From: a bacterium
Lineage (GTDB): Bacteria > UBA8248
Direction of reading: 5' to 3'
Assembly: GCA_965207065.1 (NCBI GenBank)
Contig: OZ242260.1
Coordinates: forward strand, 2,400,001 to 2,464,000
Length of the DNA stretch: 64,000 nucleotides
The position numbers were made by a program, and so were the translations under genes. How positions within the stretch are numbered: position 1 is the first letter of the stretch; each line of letters starts with the position of its first letter. Shown one piece after another: positions 1 through 8,993 of this stretch. A model generated the notes under the pieces. It saw only the letters and a program-made list of their open reading frames with translations. It made no database searches and was not told the DNA's origin.

Positions 1-630
1 GCGATGATGAAAAGGATGGAGCGAGAAAGCGCTCCCGATGCTGATCGAACCCGAAGGTCGAGGGAGAGATGGCCCGGACCGAGAATTTCGCAACGGTCGC
101 GACGGCGCATGGGCTCAAACTATCAGGATGATGTATGGCGCTCTATCGGGGCGATGCAGAATAGGTTGGGCCGGGCCATGGGGGCGCGCGTTGCAGACGA
201 GCGCTCGCGCACGAGCCTCCAGTTATTATTGGAGAACAAGCGCCTCGCCTCCGCCCTGGCCGACTATGAAAAAGACTTGGGACGCCTGCTGGATGAGCAC
301 CCCGACGCCGTGGGCTATATCTTCGCCGTAAACGGCAAGATCAACAGCGGCGACGAGTTCGGAAGCGCCGGCTTGTTCCGGAAACTGTGGTCGCGGCAAC
401 TGAAGGCGGCGGCAACGGAGGCTGTCGCCGAAAAAGATGCGCCGAAGCGCAGGCAGCCGACGCTCGTCGATGTCGCCGCGTTCATCAACTCCACGCGCGC
501 AGAAAAGCCCGCCTTGAGAGCGATTCCGGGCGGCAATAATCTCGAGACGCGCAAGGCGAGCAAGTCGTATTACATGGAAATCCGGCGCGGGAACAACCGC
601 TGGGTGCACCGGACATACGTCGCCCACTAG
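1..630 (+). CDS. C-terminal part of a DUF6569/ARPP-1-like protein (probably 5'-truncated by the window edge)
   Basis: Segment SLQLLLEN...VGYIFAVNGKINSGDEFGSAGLFRKLW resembles this family from memory; followed by a terminator. Confidence 0.5.
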   Translation, partial: AMMKRMERESAPDADRTRRSRERWPGPRISQRSRRRMGSNYQDDVWRSIGAMQNRLGRAMGARVADERSRTSLQLLLENKRLASALADYEKDLGRLLDEHPDAVGYIFAVNGKINSGDEFGSAGLFRKLWSRQLKAAATEAVAEKDAPKRRQPTLVDVAAFINSTRAEKPALRAIPGGNNLETRKASKSYYMEIRRGNNRWVHRTYVAH

Positions 631-683
631 CCCGGAGACGGCCTTATCGGGCAGGAGACGCTCCGCCCGCCTTCTTTTGCATG

Positions 684-718
684 AACGCCCCGCACCCTTG
701 CGGGGCGTTTTTTCTTTT
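684..718 (+). terminator. Rho-independent terminator
   Basis: Perfect 11-bp stem AACGCCCCGCA/TGCGGGGCGTT, 4-nt loop, followed by a T-rich tract. Confidence 0.85.
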
Positions 719-801
719 CAAGACGTAAGGCCTGCTGTATTACATATTCATATCAATGTAGGATGCAGGCCTAGCCCGCCCCATTCGTAGAGACGTGCGC
801 C

Positions 802-2631
802 ATGCTCTCGACTCTGGACTGGTCGCTCATCCTCGCCTACATCGCCTTCGCGCTGGTGGTCGGCGCGCTCACCTCGCGCTCGGCGTCTAAGAGTCTGGCT
901 TCTTACTTCGTGGCCGGGCGCAGCCTGCCCTGGTGGTGGATAGGCATCTCCATGGTGGCGACCACCTTCGCCTCGGACACCCCCCTCGTCGTGGCCGGCA
1001 TCGTCGCCAAGCGCGGCATCTCGGGAAACTGGTTCTGGTGGGCGTGGGTCATCGGCAACGTGGGCGTCGCGGTATTCTTCGCTCCCCTGTGGCGGCGCGC
1101 GGGCGTGGTGACCGACGCCGAACTCATCGAGCTGCGCTACGGGAGCGGCCCCGGCGCGTTCCTGCGCGGCTTCAAGGCCATCTATTCCTCCCTCATCGTG
1201 AACCTCATCGTCATGGGCTGGGTGTTCCGCGCCATGGCGAAGATAGCCGCACCCTTCCTGCGGTGGGAGGAGATACTGCCCCCGAACTGGTGGGCGGTTA
1301 TCGAGGCGAACTGGCCCGCCGTACTCACGATGGGAAGCGTGAACGAGAGCGTAACGGTCGCCCTGCTCGTCTTGATGATTGCGCTCTATGCGAGCGCGGG
1401 CGGCATCCGGGGCGTCATGCTCACCGACCTGTTCCAGTTCGTCATCGCGATGACGGGCAGTTGCCTGTTCGCCTGGTACGCTGTCGAGGCCGTGGGCGGG
1501 CTTTCGGGCCTGAGCGCGAAGCTGGGCGAGATTTACGGCGCGGAGGGCGCGGGCAATATCCTCTCCTTCTTGCCGCCCGAGAGCGCGGGATGGGCGGGGG
1601 CGCAGGTGATATTGATATACCTCTTCGTGGTCTGGTGGGCGCACAACAACGCCGACGGCGGCGGCTACATCGGTCAGAGGCTCTGCTCGGCGCGCTCGCC
1701 GAGGGACGCCCAGGCGGGCGCTTTCCTCTTCACGGTCGGGAACTACGTCCTGAGGCCCTGGCCGTGGATTCTCATCGGCCTGGTGAGCCTGATCCTCGTG
1801 CCCAAGGGGATGGACGCCCTGCCCGGCACGATGGAGGCGAAGATTCTCGCCGACCGCGAGGCGGCCTATCCCCTCCTGATGGAGAAGCTATTGCCTGCGG
1901 GGATTCTTGGTCTCGTGTTGGTGGGCCTTCTGGGCGCGTTCATGAGCACGGTGGACACCCACCTGAACTGGGGGGTGAGCTACCTGGTGAACGACGTTTA
2001 TGCGCGCTTCATCAGAAAAGGAGCGGGCGCGCGGGAGGTCGTCTTCGTGAGCCGCCTGGGCGTGCTGATCATGGCGCTCGGCGCGTTCGCCGTGGCGGGA
2101 CAGATAAGCAGCCTCGAGGTGGCGTGGAAGTTCCACATCTCGCTCGGAGCCGGGCTGGGGCTTCCGGTGATACTGCGCTGGTTGTGGTGGCGGGCGAACG
2201 CATGGACGGAAATCTCAGGGATGCTGGCCGCGGGCGCGACCGCCCTCTATCTCCACTGGGAGGGTGAGCCGCCCGCGTTTCCCATTCTGCTGGCCGCGGA
2301 GGTAGGGGTTGGTTTTCTGGCGATGCTGATTGCCACTCTCATCACGAGGCCCGCAAAAGCAGAGGTTCTGAGAGATTTCTGGACGAAGGTCCATCCGCCG
2401 GGCGTATGGGGACGGGTGCGCGGGGAGGACAGGCGCGCAGCCCCCGTATTGGCCCTCGCGGGCCTTTGGCTGGCATTGAGCGTCTTCGTATTCGCCTTGA
2501 TGTTCCTGGTCGGGGCGCTGCTCGTCGGCACCTGGGGGCAGGCGGTCGGGCTCGCGCTCCTGGCGGGATTCTCCCTATGCACGGCGTGGGGGATCGATAG
2601 AAGATATCGCTACGGAATCCTGTTCGTGTAG
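802..2631 (+). CDS. Sodium:solute symporter (SSS) family transporter
   Basis: 609 aa, many TM segments; SYFVAGRSLPWW, SMVATTFASDTP, GGIRGVMLTD, GAFMSTVDT motifs. Confidence 0.9.
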   Translation: MLSTLDWSLILAYIAFALVVGALTSRSASKSLASYFVAGRSLPWWWIGISMVATTFASDTPLVVAGIVAKRGISGNWFWWAWVIGNVGVAVFFAPLWRRAGVVTDAELIELRYGSGPGAFLRGFKAIYSSLIVNLIVMGWVFRAMAKIAAPFLRWEEILPPNWWAVIEANWPAVLTMGSVNESVTVALLVLMIALYASAGGIRGVMLTDLFQFVIAMTGSCLFAWYAVEAVGGLSGLSAKLGEIYGAEGAGNILSFLPPESAGWAGAQVILIYLFVVWWAHNNADGGGYIGQRLCSARSPRDAQAGAFLFTVGNYVLRPWPWILIGLVSLILVPKGMDALPGTMEAKILADREAAYPLLMEKLLPAGILGLVLVGLLGAFMSTVDTHLNWGVSYLVNDVYARFIRKGAGAREVVFVSRLGVLIMALGAFAVAGQISSLEVAWKFHISLGAGLGLPVILRWLWWRANAWTEISGMLAAGATALYLHWEGEPPAFPILLAAEVGVGFLAMLIATLITRPAKAEVLRDFWTKVHPPGVWGRVRGEDRRAAPVLALAGLWLALSVFVFALMFLVGALLVGTWGQAVGLALLAGFSLCTAWGIDRRYRYGILFV

Positions 2632-2718
2632 GGTGAATTCCGAGTGAGGAGCGAGGAATTCTTCCGCCCGAAGCGGGAGGGACCGCCACCTGCAGGAAAA
2701 TGAAAGCGCAACACGAAA

Positions 2719-2746
2719 GTAGGGACAGGTCGCGACCTGTCCCTAC
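2719..2746. repeat. GTAG-type REP palindrome
   Basis: Perfect 28-bp palindrome GTAGGGACAGGTCGCGACCTGTCCCTAC, identical to 56054-56081; lies between convergent genes. Confidence 0.85.
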
Positions 2747-2814
2747 AGATTCGGGAAGAAATTGCTGCCGGTATCACGAACAAAGATCACACTCGATCGG
2801 CAGCCGCCTCCTGT

Positions 2815-3291
2815 CTACTCGTCCACTTCCTCGAATTCCGCCGTGTATTCGACTTCGATGCCGCGCTGCACGCTCTGGCTCGCCGGGCAGCCTTTCTCAT
2901 GCACGGCGAGGGCGCGCTCGGCGTCTTCGCGCTTTCCCTTGGGGATTCGGCACTTGTATTTGACCTTGATTTTCGTGACCAGGGCCATGCCGTCCACGTT
3001 CTCGATGATGCCTTCGACTTCAGCCACCAGGTTGTCGGGGCTGCTCTTTATCCCGCGCGCATCCAGCGCGCCTCCCATATTGCCCGTCAGTCAGCCGGCG
3101 ACGGCGGCCGCGAGGTGATCCAGCGTGGCCGGACGCTCCTCCTCGGGTTCCGCCTTGTAGAAGTTCTTGATGCCCCCGTGGATGCCGTAGGGGATCGGCT
3201 CGTCGGGGAAGGCGTCGAGATAGCCCGTCTTCATGCCCCTGCCGGGCTCCTTGACGATGCGGGCCTTGGTGACGTGAATGACTTCACCCAT
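2815..3291 (-). CDS. OsmC/Ohr-like protein, predicted selenoprotein (UGA at 3093-3091 = Sec67), 158 aa
   Basis: ORFs 3091..3291 and 2815..3078 are in frame: ...LDHLAAAVAG-(TGA)-LTGNMGGALDARGI...VHEKGCPASQSV; RBS AGGAG before ATG 3291. Confidence 0.8.
3055..3090 (-). promoter_or_regulatory. Candidate bacterial SECIS element
   Basis: GCGCGC-UGGAU-GCGCGC hairpin; apical loop starts 26 nt after the UGA and has G at loop position 2. Confidence 0.55.
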
Positions 3292-3389
3292 CTTGCGCTC
3301 CTTTTCGTGATGAGGTTTCGAAAAAATTCCTTGAATGATTCGACACCCGAGAGTAGCACCCTGCCGGGGCGAGGGGAACTCTCCGGGTC

Positions 3390-4298
3390 CTACATGATAA
3401 CGACGATGGTGCCTGCAACGGTCAAAAGCGCGCCCAGGACGAGCCGGGGCGTGATGTTCTCCATCTCGCGCAGGAATAGCCAGCCGAGCGCCAACACGAT
3501 GAGCGGCTGGGCGGAGATGATGGCCGTTACGCGTACGGCCAGCGTGTGGACGAACGCGAAGTTATAGAGCGGCACGGCGATCGCCTGGCACGCGGCTGCG
3601 GCGAAAATCCACCTCCACGCCGAAGCGGGGATGGGGCCGCGCGATTCCTCGCCCCTGCTCAGCGCCATCAGCATCGAGGCCGTGGCGGCTCCCACCCATA
3701 GTGCGATCGCTGCGGTGGCGAGCGGGTGGAGGTTCAGGGACGCTTTCTTGAAGAAGACGGCGGCCACGCCCCAGAGCAGCGAGGTGACGCCGGCGGAGAT
3801 CCAGCCGAACAGTTTCCATCTCGCGTTCTGGGCTTCGGTTTCCGGCTCCTGGGATGGTTCGGCCTGAACGATGAGCGTGATGCCGACAAGAAGAATCGCG
3901 AGGCCGGTGAATATGGAAATCGTCGGCGTCTCTCCCAGCATGAACGACGCCCCGACCGCCGTGACGACGGGATAGGTAAGCGCGATGGGTATGGAGCGGT
4001 TGGGCCCGATGCGGTGAATGGCGCGGTAGTAGAACGAACGCGATATGCCGATGTGGAAAAAGCCCGCCAGGAAGGCGAACGTCAGTGTGGTCGCTGTGAC
4101 GCCCCGAAAATCCTCCGCGGAGATGAAGAATACGGCGATGAGCGTCACGAGGGCCGCGTTCACGCTCGTCATGGCGGCGGTGACCTTGAGGACGGGTGCG
4201 TTCATGAGCGCGCGCTTGATGAAATAGACGAACACCGCCCAGGAAGTCGAGGCGATCGAGGCGAGCAATACGCCGTAGGCGTTCGATTCGAGGTTCAT
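3390..4298 (-). CDS. EamA/DMT family transporter
   Basis: 302 aa, about 10 TM in two repeats; YYRAIHRIG, FMLGE and LFLRE motifs. Confidence 0.9.
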   Translation of the reverse strand: MNLESNAYGVLLASIASTSWAVFVYFIKRALMNAPVLKVTAAMTSVNAALVTLIAVFFISAEDFRGVTATTLTFAFLAGFFHIGISRSFYYRAIHRIGPNRSIPIALTYPVVTAVGASFMLGETPTISIFTGLAILLVGITLIVQAEPSQEPETEAQNARWKLFGWISAGVTSLLWGVAAVFFKKASLNLHPLATAAIALWVGAATASMLMALSRGEESRGPIPASAWRWIFAAAACQAIAVPLYNFAFVHTLAVRVTAIISAQPLIVLALGWLFLREMENITPRLVLGALLTVAGTIVVIM

Positions 4299-4361
4299 TT
4301 CAGCAGAAGCGCGCAGGCGGATGCGCCGCGCGGCTGGGCCTTCGGGATGTGGCCAACGACG

Positions 4362-4985
4362 TTATTTGTCGGAATTGATGCAGAGCACCGCGCGCCAGTA
4401 GTCGAATATGTTCACGCGCTCCTGGCGTTCGAGTGTCAGGTTGTTCGCCTCGAGCAGGGGCTCCAGGTCCAGAGTAGTCTCCCAGCCGAATTTCTTGCAG
4501 ACCCCGTTGATGAGTTCTTCGAATTTGGCCAGCAGGAATTTCTTGCTCTTGAAATGGTTGATGAAGACGACGCGCCCGCCCGGCTTGCACACGCGGCAGA
4601 TTTCCGAGACGACCTTGTGTGGATCGGGGGCGGCGCTCACCACGTAGCAGGCGGTGACGCAGTCAAAGGTGTTGTCCTCATACGCCATGTTCTGCGCGTC
4701 CATCACGGCGAGTTCGACGTTTTTGAGGCTCATCTTGTGGACTTTCTCTTTCGCTTTCTCGAGCATTTTCGAAGAGATGTCGATGGCGATGATCTCCGAA
4801 GTCGACGGGTAAAGGGGCAGGGAGAGCCCGGTGCCCACGCCCACTTCGAGCAGCTTCTCGCCCGGCTGGAGGTCGAGCATGTCCACACCGACGTTTCGGC
4901 CTTCATGGAACACGTCCTTGAAGACGAGGTCGTAGAATTTGCCCCAGCGATCATATATCTTGATGACAGAGTCGGGTGATTCCAC
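4362..4985 (-). CDS. Class I SAM-dependent methyltransferase (phospholipid N-methyltransferase PmtA-like)
   Basis: LLEVGVGTG motif I, IDISSKML, RVCKPGG; GTG start at 4985 chosen on RBS GAGG. Confidence 0.85.
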   Translation of the reverse strand: MESPDSVIKIYDRWGKFYDLVFKDVFHEGRNVGVDMLDLQPGEKLLEVGVGTGLSLPLYPSTSEIIAIDISSKMLEKAKEKVHKMSLKNVELAVMDAQNMAYEDNTFDCVTACYVVSAAPDPHKVVSEICRVCKPGGRVVFINHFKSKKFLLAKFEELINGVCKKFGWETTLDLEPLLEANNLTLERQERVNIFDYWRAVLCINSDK

Positions 4986-5188
4986 TAGGCATCCCTCAAT
5001 CAAGTTTCCGCGCACGCAACTGCACGTAATCCGGTGGGCGAAAGCCGCACAATGCGTCAAAACGTCCGGCAAAATTCCCGGATGAAGCGATTCCCTTTCT
5101 TCCAACTTCGGAAGATATGCCATATTGTAAGAAAAAATGGAAATTTTTTCCAGATCAATCGGCAATGATGTTAACGGGAGAACAGGAC

Positions 5189-5974
5189 ATGGTGTGGAAA
5201 ACCATCGGTTTCGAGGAAGAAAACGGCTTGGCCCTGGTGCGGCTCAATCGTCCCGAAGCGCTGAACGCGCTCGACCTGCAGATGGCGCAGGACCTGTACG
5301 AGGTGTGCGAGCGATGCTGCGAACCCGATATCCGCGCGATGGTTCTGAGCGGGGCGGGACGCGCCTTCTGCGCGGGCGGGGATCTCAAGGAAATCGAGGG
5401 GCGTATCCGGGCGGGCGAGAGGATGGAGGAGTTCCTCTGGCCGGATTATCAGAAATCGCTCGCAAAACTCTACGAAGTTCGCTGTCCGACGATAGCGGCT
5501 GTCCATGGTTTCGCCGTAGGCGCAGGATGTGATATCGCTTTGGCCTGCGATATCCGTCTGGCGGGCGCAGGCGCTTCGTTCGGTCAGGTGTACTCCAGGG
5601 TCGGACTCGTCCCCGATTGCGGGGGCACGTTTTTCCTGCCCCGCGTCGTGGGAAGCGCGAAAGCCCTGGAGTTGATTTTGACGGGTGACGTCATCGACGC
5701 GGAGGCGGCGCTCTCAATCGGCCTCGTCCGCTCGGTTCATAATGACGACGCGCTCATGGAAGAGGCAATAGCTCTTGGGCGAAGGCTCGCAGAAGGCCCC
5801 TCGGTTGCGCTGCGCGCGGCGAAAAAGCTGATTCGCTCCTCAGGCGGCCTGGACGTAGCGACGGCGCTTCGCGCGGAGGCGGGCGCGCAGGCCGAGACGG
5901 TCGCCAGCCTCGATTTTCAGGAAGGAATCGCCGCTTTTCTGGAGAAAAGAAAACCCGGGTTCCAGGGTAAGTGA
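5189..5974 (+). CDS. Enoyl-CoA hydratase/isomerase family protein
   Basis: LNRPEALNAL, AFCAGGDL, AVHGFAVGAG, DFQEGIAAFLEKRKP. Confidence 0.92.
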   Translation: MVWKTIGFEEENGLALVRLNRPEALNALDLQMAQDLYEVCERCCEPDIRAMVLSGAGRAFCAGGDLKEIEGRIRAGERMEEFLWPDYQKSLAKLYEVRCPTIAAVHGFAVGAGCDIALACDIRLAGAGASFGQVYSRVGLVPDCGGTFFLPRVVGSAKALELILTGDVIDAEAALSIGLVRSVHNDDALMEEAIALGRRLAEGPSVALRAAKKLIRSSGGLDVATALRAEAGAQAETVASLDFQEGIAAFLEKRKPGFQGK

Positions 5975-6031
5975 CCGTCCCCGGCGATTCGGACCGGCGC
6001 CTCATCGTCATATAAAGGAAGCTTCTCGGGT

Positions 6032-6994
6032 ATGGAAGCATATTTCGCGAGTTTTCCCATCTGGGCGAACTTTCTCTTTTTCGCTGCGGGCCTCTTCATT
6101 ATCACGAAAGGCGCCGACTGGTTCACCGACGGCGCAGTGGGAGTCGCCGAGATCACGGGGATTCCCAAAGTGATCGTCGGCGCCACCCTGGTGAGTCTGG
6201 CGACGACGGCTCCCGAATTCAGCGTTTCCGTCATCGCTGCCTGGCTGGAACATCCAGCCACGTCCGTGGGCAATGCGGTCGGTTCCACCATCTGCAACAT
6301 CGGACTTATCCTGGCGGTGGCGTTCCTGCTCGAGCCCGTGTCCCTGGCCCGGGAAGATGTTCTGCCGAAAGGGCTCTTCATGCTGATGATGGGCGTGTTG
6401 CTCCTTACCCTGGGCTGGGACGGAAAAATCGCCCGCGTGGAGGGCGTGGTCCTGTTCGTTTTTGTGCCTGTTTATCTGTGGTTCACCATGAAGCGGGCGA
6501 CGTGGACGGATTTCGATATCGGGAGTGCGGTGACGGACCGGGAAAAGCAGCATGTCGGGCTGCTGTTCATCGCCGGATCGATCGCGGTCGTTCTCGGCAG
6601 CATTCTGCTCGTTCAGAACGCGGTGCATCTGGCCCGCGCCATGGGCGTCCCTGAACTCATCATTGCCCTCACGCTCGTGGCCATCGGCACCTCTCTGCCC
6701 GAATTGATCACGGCCGTTTCCGCATCCTTGAGCGGTCACGGGGATATGGCCGTCGGTAATGTGCTGGGAGCGAATGTACTGAACATCGCGTGGGTACTGG
6801 GCGGGGCGTCCCTCATCACTCCCTTGGGGATAGAGCACCAATCGTTCGTCCTGGATTTTCCATTCATGCTCTTGATGATGGTTTTGTTCGTGTTTTTTGC
6901 CGTATGGAGACGCAGACTGGGGAGCAGCGCAGGGCTGATGTTCCTTGCGGGATATGTATGCTATCTGGTGCTGATGTTCGCCTATTTTGTCTGA
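6032..6994 (+). CDS. Calcium/sodium antiporter (YrbG-like, CaCA family)
   Basis: Alpha repeats ATTAPE/GTSLPE and GNAVGS/GNVLGAN. Confidence 0.92.
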   Translation: MEAYFASFPIWANFLFFAAGLFIITKGADWFTDGAVGVAEITGIPKVIVGATLVSLATTAPEFSVSVIAAWLEHPATSVGNAVGSTICNIGLILAVAFLLEPVSLAREDVLPKGLFMLMMGVLLLTLGWDGKIARVEGVVLFVFVPVYLWFTMKRATWTDFDIGSAVTDREKQHVGLLFIAGSIAVVLGSILLVQNAVHLARAMGVPELIIALTLVAIGTSLPELITAVSASLSGHGDMAVGNVLGANVLNIAWVLGGASLITPLGIEHQSFVLDFPFMLLMMVLFVFFAVWRRRLGSSAGLMFLAGYVCYLVLMFAYFV

Positions 6995-7099
6995 GGGCCT
7001 CCGGCGCGGATAAAATAATTTTCTCTCCGCGCCGTTTGCCGGTATATTAAAGGTTGATTTTCTGGATTGTTCTCGAGGTTCGCAGGGAAAGGGAATGAG

Positions 7100-7954
7100 A
7101 TGGACATGAAGAGGATATTCACGCTGCTGGCGGCGGTTTTGTTTTTCGGTGGCCCGGACGCGGAAGGGGCGAGCCAGAAAACCAATCCCTCCATGAAAGA
7201 TATGGAACAGGTCGTCATCGAGGTGAACGAGCAGAAAATCACACTGGGTGAAATTGAAGCGAGGCTCGGTCGATTCGCTCCCGCCGTAAGGATCCGTATC
7301 CGCAAGAACAAGGGGCAGTTCCTCGAAGGTCTGGTTCAGGGGGAACTCCTGTACCAGGAAGCGGTTCGCCGGAAAATCGACGAATCTCCCGAGATTCAGA
7401 AAAGGATCGCGCGATTAAAGCGAAGGCTCGTCATTGAGGAGTTCGTGAGGCAGGGCGCCGGGACGACGGCCACGACCGATCGGCAGTTGCGCGATTTCTT
7501 CCTCGCCAACAAGGAACGGTTCCGCCGCAAGGAGTCGGTCACACTGGCCCACATCGTTCTCAAAACCGAGGAGGATGCGTGGGACGCCGTCGCGGAACTC
7601 AGAAAAGGGACGCCTTTTGCACAGGTGGCGAGGCGGCGCTCCATCTTTGAGGGCACGCGGGATTCGGGCGGGGTGATGGGCACGGCCGTGCGGGGCGCGC
7701 TGGAGAAAGCGCTTGAGGGCGTGGCGTTCAAACTGCCCATCGGCCAGCCGAGCGAACCGATTCGCACTTCCGTCGGCTGGCAGGTGATACGAGTGCTCGA
7801 ACGCGTCAATGCCGCCGACGCGAAGTTTGAGGACGTCAAGGAGGACGTAAGGCTCGTTTATTCCGAACTCAAGCGAAGCGAGAACTACAAGGCGCTGCTC
7901 AGGCGCTTACGCGAAGGAGCGAAGGTAAAAGTTCACACAGATCGGTTCAAATAG
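7100..7954 (+). CDS. PpiC-type peptidyl-prolyl cis-trans isomerase (exported foldase)
   Basis: Signal peptide; AHIVLK, FAQVARRRS, AFKLPIGQPSEPIRTSVGWQVI parvulin-like motifs. Confidence 0.85.
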   Translation: MDMKRIFTLLAAVLFFGGPDAEGASQKTNPSMKDMEQVVIEVNEQKITLGEIEARLGRFAPAVRIRIRKNKGQFLEGLVQGELLYQEAVRRKIDESPEIQKRIARLKRRLVIEEFVRQGAGTTATTDRQLRDFFLANKERFRRKESVTLAHIVLKTEEDAWDAVAELRKGTPFAQVARRRSIFEGTRDSGGVMGTAVRGALEKALEGVAFKLPIGQPSEPIRTSVGWQVIRVLERVNAADAKFEDVKEDVRLVYSELKRSENYKALLRRLREGAKVKVHTDRFK

Positions 7955-7979
7955 TCCGTCGCACGACCGGCATCGTGTT

Positions 7980-8043
7980 CTATTCACATTTTTTCCACAA
8001 TTTCTCCTCCGAATATCCCCGGCTCTTCCACGGCCTATCCACA
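7980..8043 (+). promoter_or_regulatory. Phased array of DnaA-box-like 9-mers
   Basis: 9-mers at 7980, 7991, 8002, 8013, 8024 and 8035 (11-bp period); TTTTCCACA matches TTWTNCACA exactly, two others have 1 mismatch. Confidence 0.6.
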
Positions 8044-8096
8044 AGAAATTGTGGTTTTGAGCAAAATAATTATTGACGCGGCACTATATCTTGTGG
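8039..8096. promoter_or_regulatory. Tandem NrdR-box-like operators overlapping the dcd promoter
   Basis: CCACAAGAAATTGTGG (8039-8054) and GCACTATATCTTGTGG (8081-8096), 42 bp apart, flanking TTGACG at 8073. Confidence 0.65.
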
Positions 8097-8359
8097 CTAA
8101 ATTAATTTTCTCGAAACATGGAGGTTTAAGCGATTGCCAAGCGCGTCTCTCGTTTTCGGACCGGAGAAACGCTTGTCGGGTCGCCCCCGTTTCGGGCGGA
8201 CAGGGGCGACCATCTGGGGGTGGGGGGAGTTGGTCTCCTCTCGCCCCCAGATATTATATGTCCGGGAATTTCACCCCCGAAATCTCGTGCATCGATCGTT
8301 TTCGGTTTTGGCTGGAATCCGGAATTTCACGAAGTGCCCCGGGAGGCGAGGTGCACGCG

Positions 8360-8914
8360 ATGTCGATCAAATCGGACAAGTGGATAACGAAGATGTCGCG
8401 CGAGCACGGGATGATCGAGCCCTTCGAGGACAAACAGGTGCGCGAGGGGGCCATCTCCTACGGCGTCTCTTCTTACGGCTACGACATCCGCATTGCCGAT
8501 GAGTTCATGATTTTCACGAACGTGAACTCGACCATCGTGGATCCAAAGAATTTCGACGAGCGCTCGCTCGTCAAAGTGAAGGCCGACACCTGCATCATCC
8601 CGCCGAATTCCTTCGCCCTGGCCAAGACGGTGGAATATTTTCGCATCCCCAGAAGCGTGCTCACCGTCTGCGTCGGCAAGAGCACCTATGCGCGCTGCGG
8701 CATCATCGTCAACGTTACGCCCTTCGAGCCCGAGTGGGAGGGCTTCGTCACCCTCGAAGTTTCGAACACCACGCCCCTGCCCGCCAAGATATATGCGAAC
8801 GAGGGCATCGCGCAGGTCCTGTTCTTCGAGAGCGACGAGGAGTGCGAGACCTCCTACGCCGACAAGAAGGGCAAGTACCAGAAACAACAGGGCCTCACCC
8901 TGGCGAAGCTGTAG
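8360..8914 (+). CDS. dcd: dCTP deaminase
   Basis: [48 protein letters not shown]. Confidence 0.96.
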   Translation: MSIKSDKWITKMSREHGMIEPFEDKQVREGAISYGVSSYGYDIRIADEFMIFTNVNSTIVDPKNFDERSLVKVKADTCIIPPNSFALAKTVEYFRIPRSVLTVCVGKSTYARCGIIVNVTPFEPEWEGFVTLEVSNTTPLPAKIYANEGIAQVLFFESDEECETSYADKKGKYQKQQGLTLAKL

Positions 8915-8925
8915 GGGTCAATCGC

Positions 8926-8993
8926 GACAGATGATGGAGCGATTGACGAGACAGATGATGGAGCGATTGACGCGACCGGGAAGGGAGCGATTG
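8926..8993 (+). repeat. 24-bp tandem repeat (2 exact copies plus 1 degenerate)
   Basis: GACAGATGATGGAGCGATTGACG at 8926 and 8950; degenerate copy at 8974. Confidence 0.8.

Noticed and set aside
3091-3093. Genome-wide UGA reassignment (Trp or Gly) as the explanation for the in-frame TGA
   Set aside because: TGA ends conserved genes at their expected C-termini (rplP, rplN, rpsH, rplR, rpmJ, ispF) and no conserved gene is interrupted at Trp/Gly positions
8926-8993. CRISPR array
   Set aside because: The units are directly adjacent with no unique spacers, there are only 2-3 copies, and no cas genes are present
8974-8993. SRP RNA-like GACCGGGAAGGGAGC segment
   Set aside because: It lacks the CAGG...AGCAG internal-loop signature and is explained as a degenerate copy of the tandem repeat
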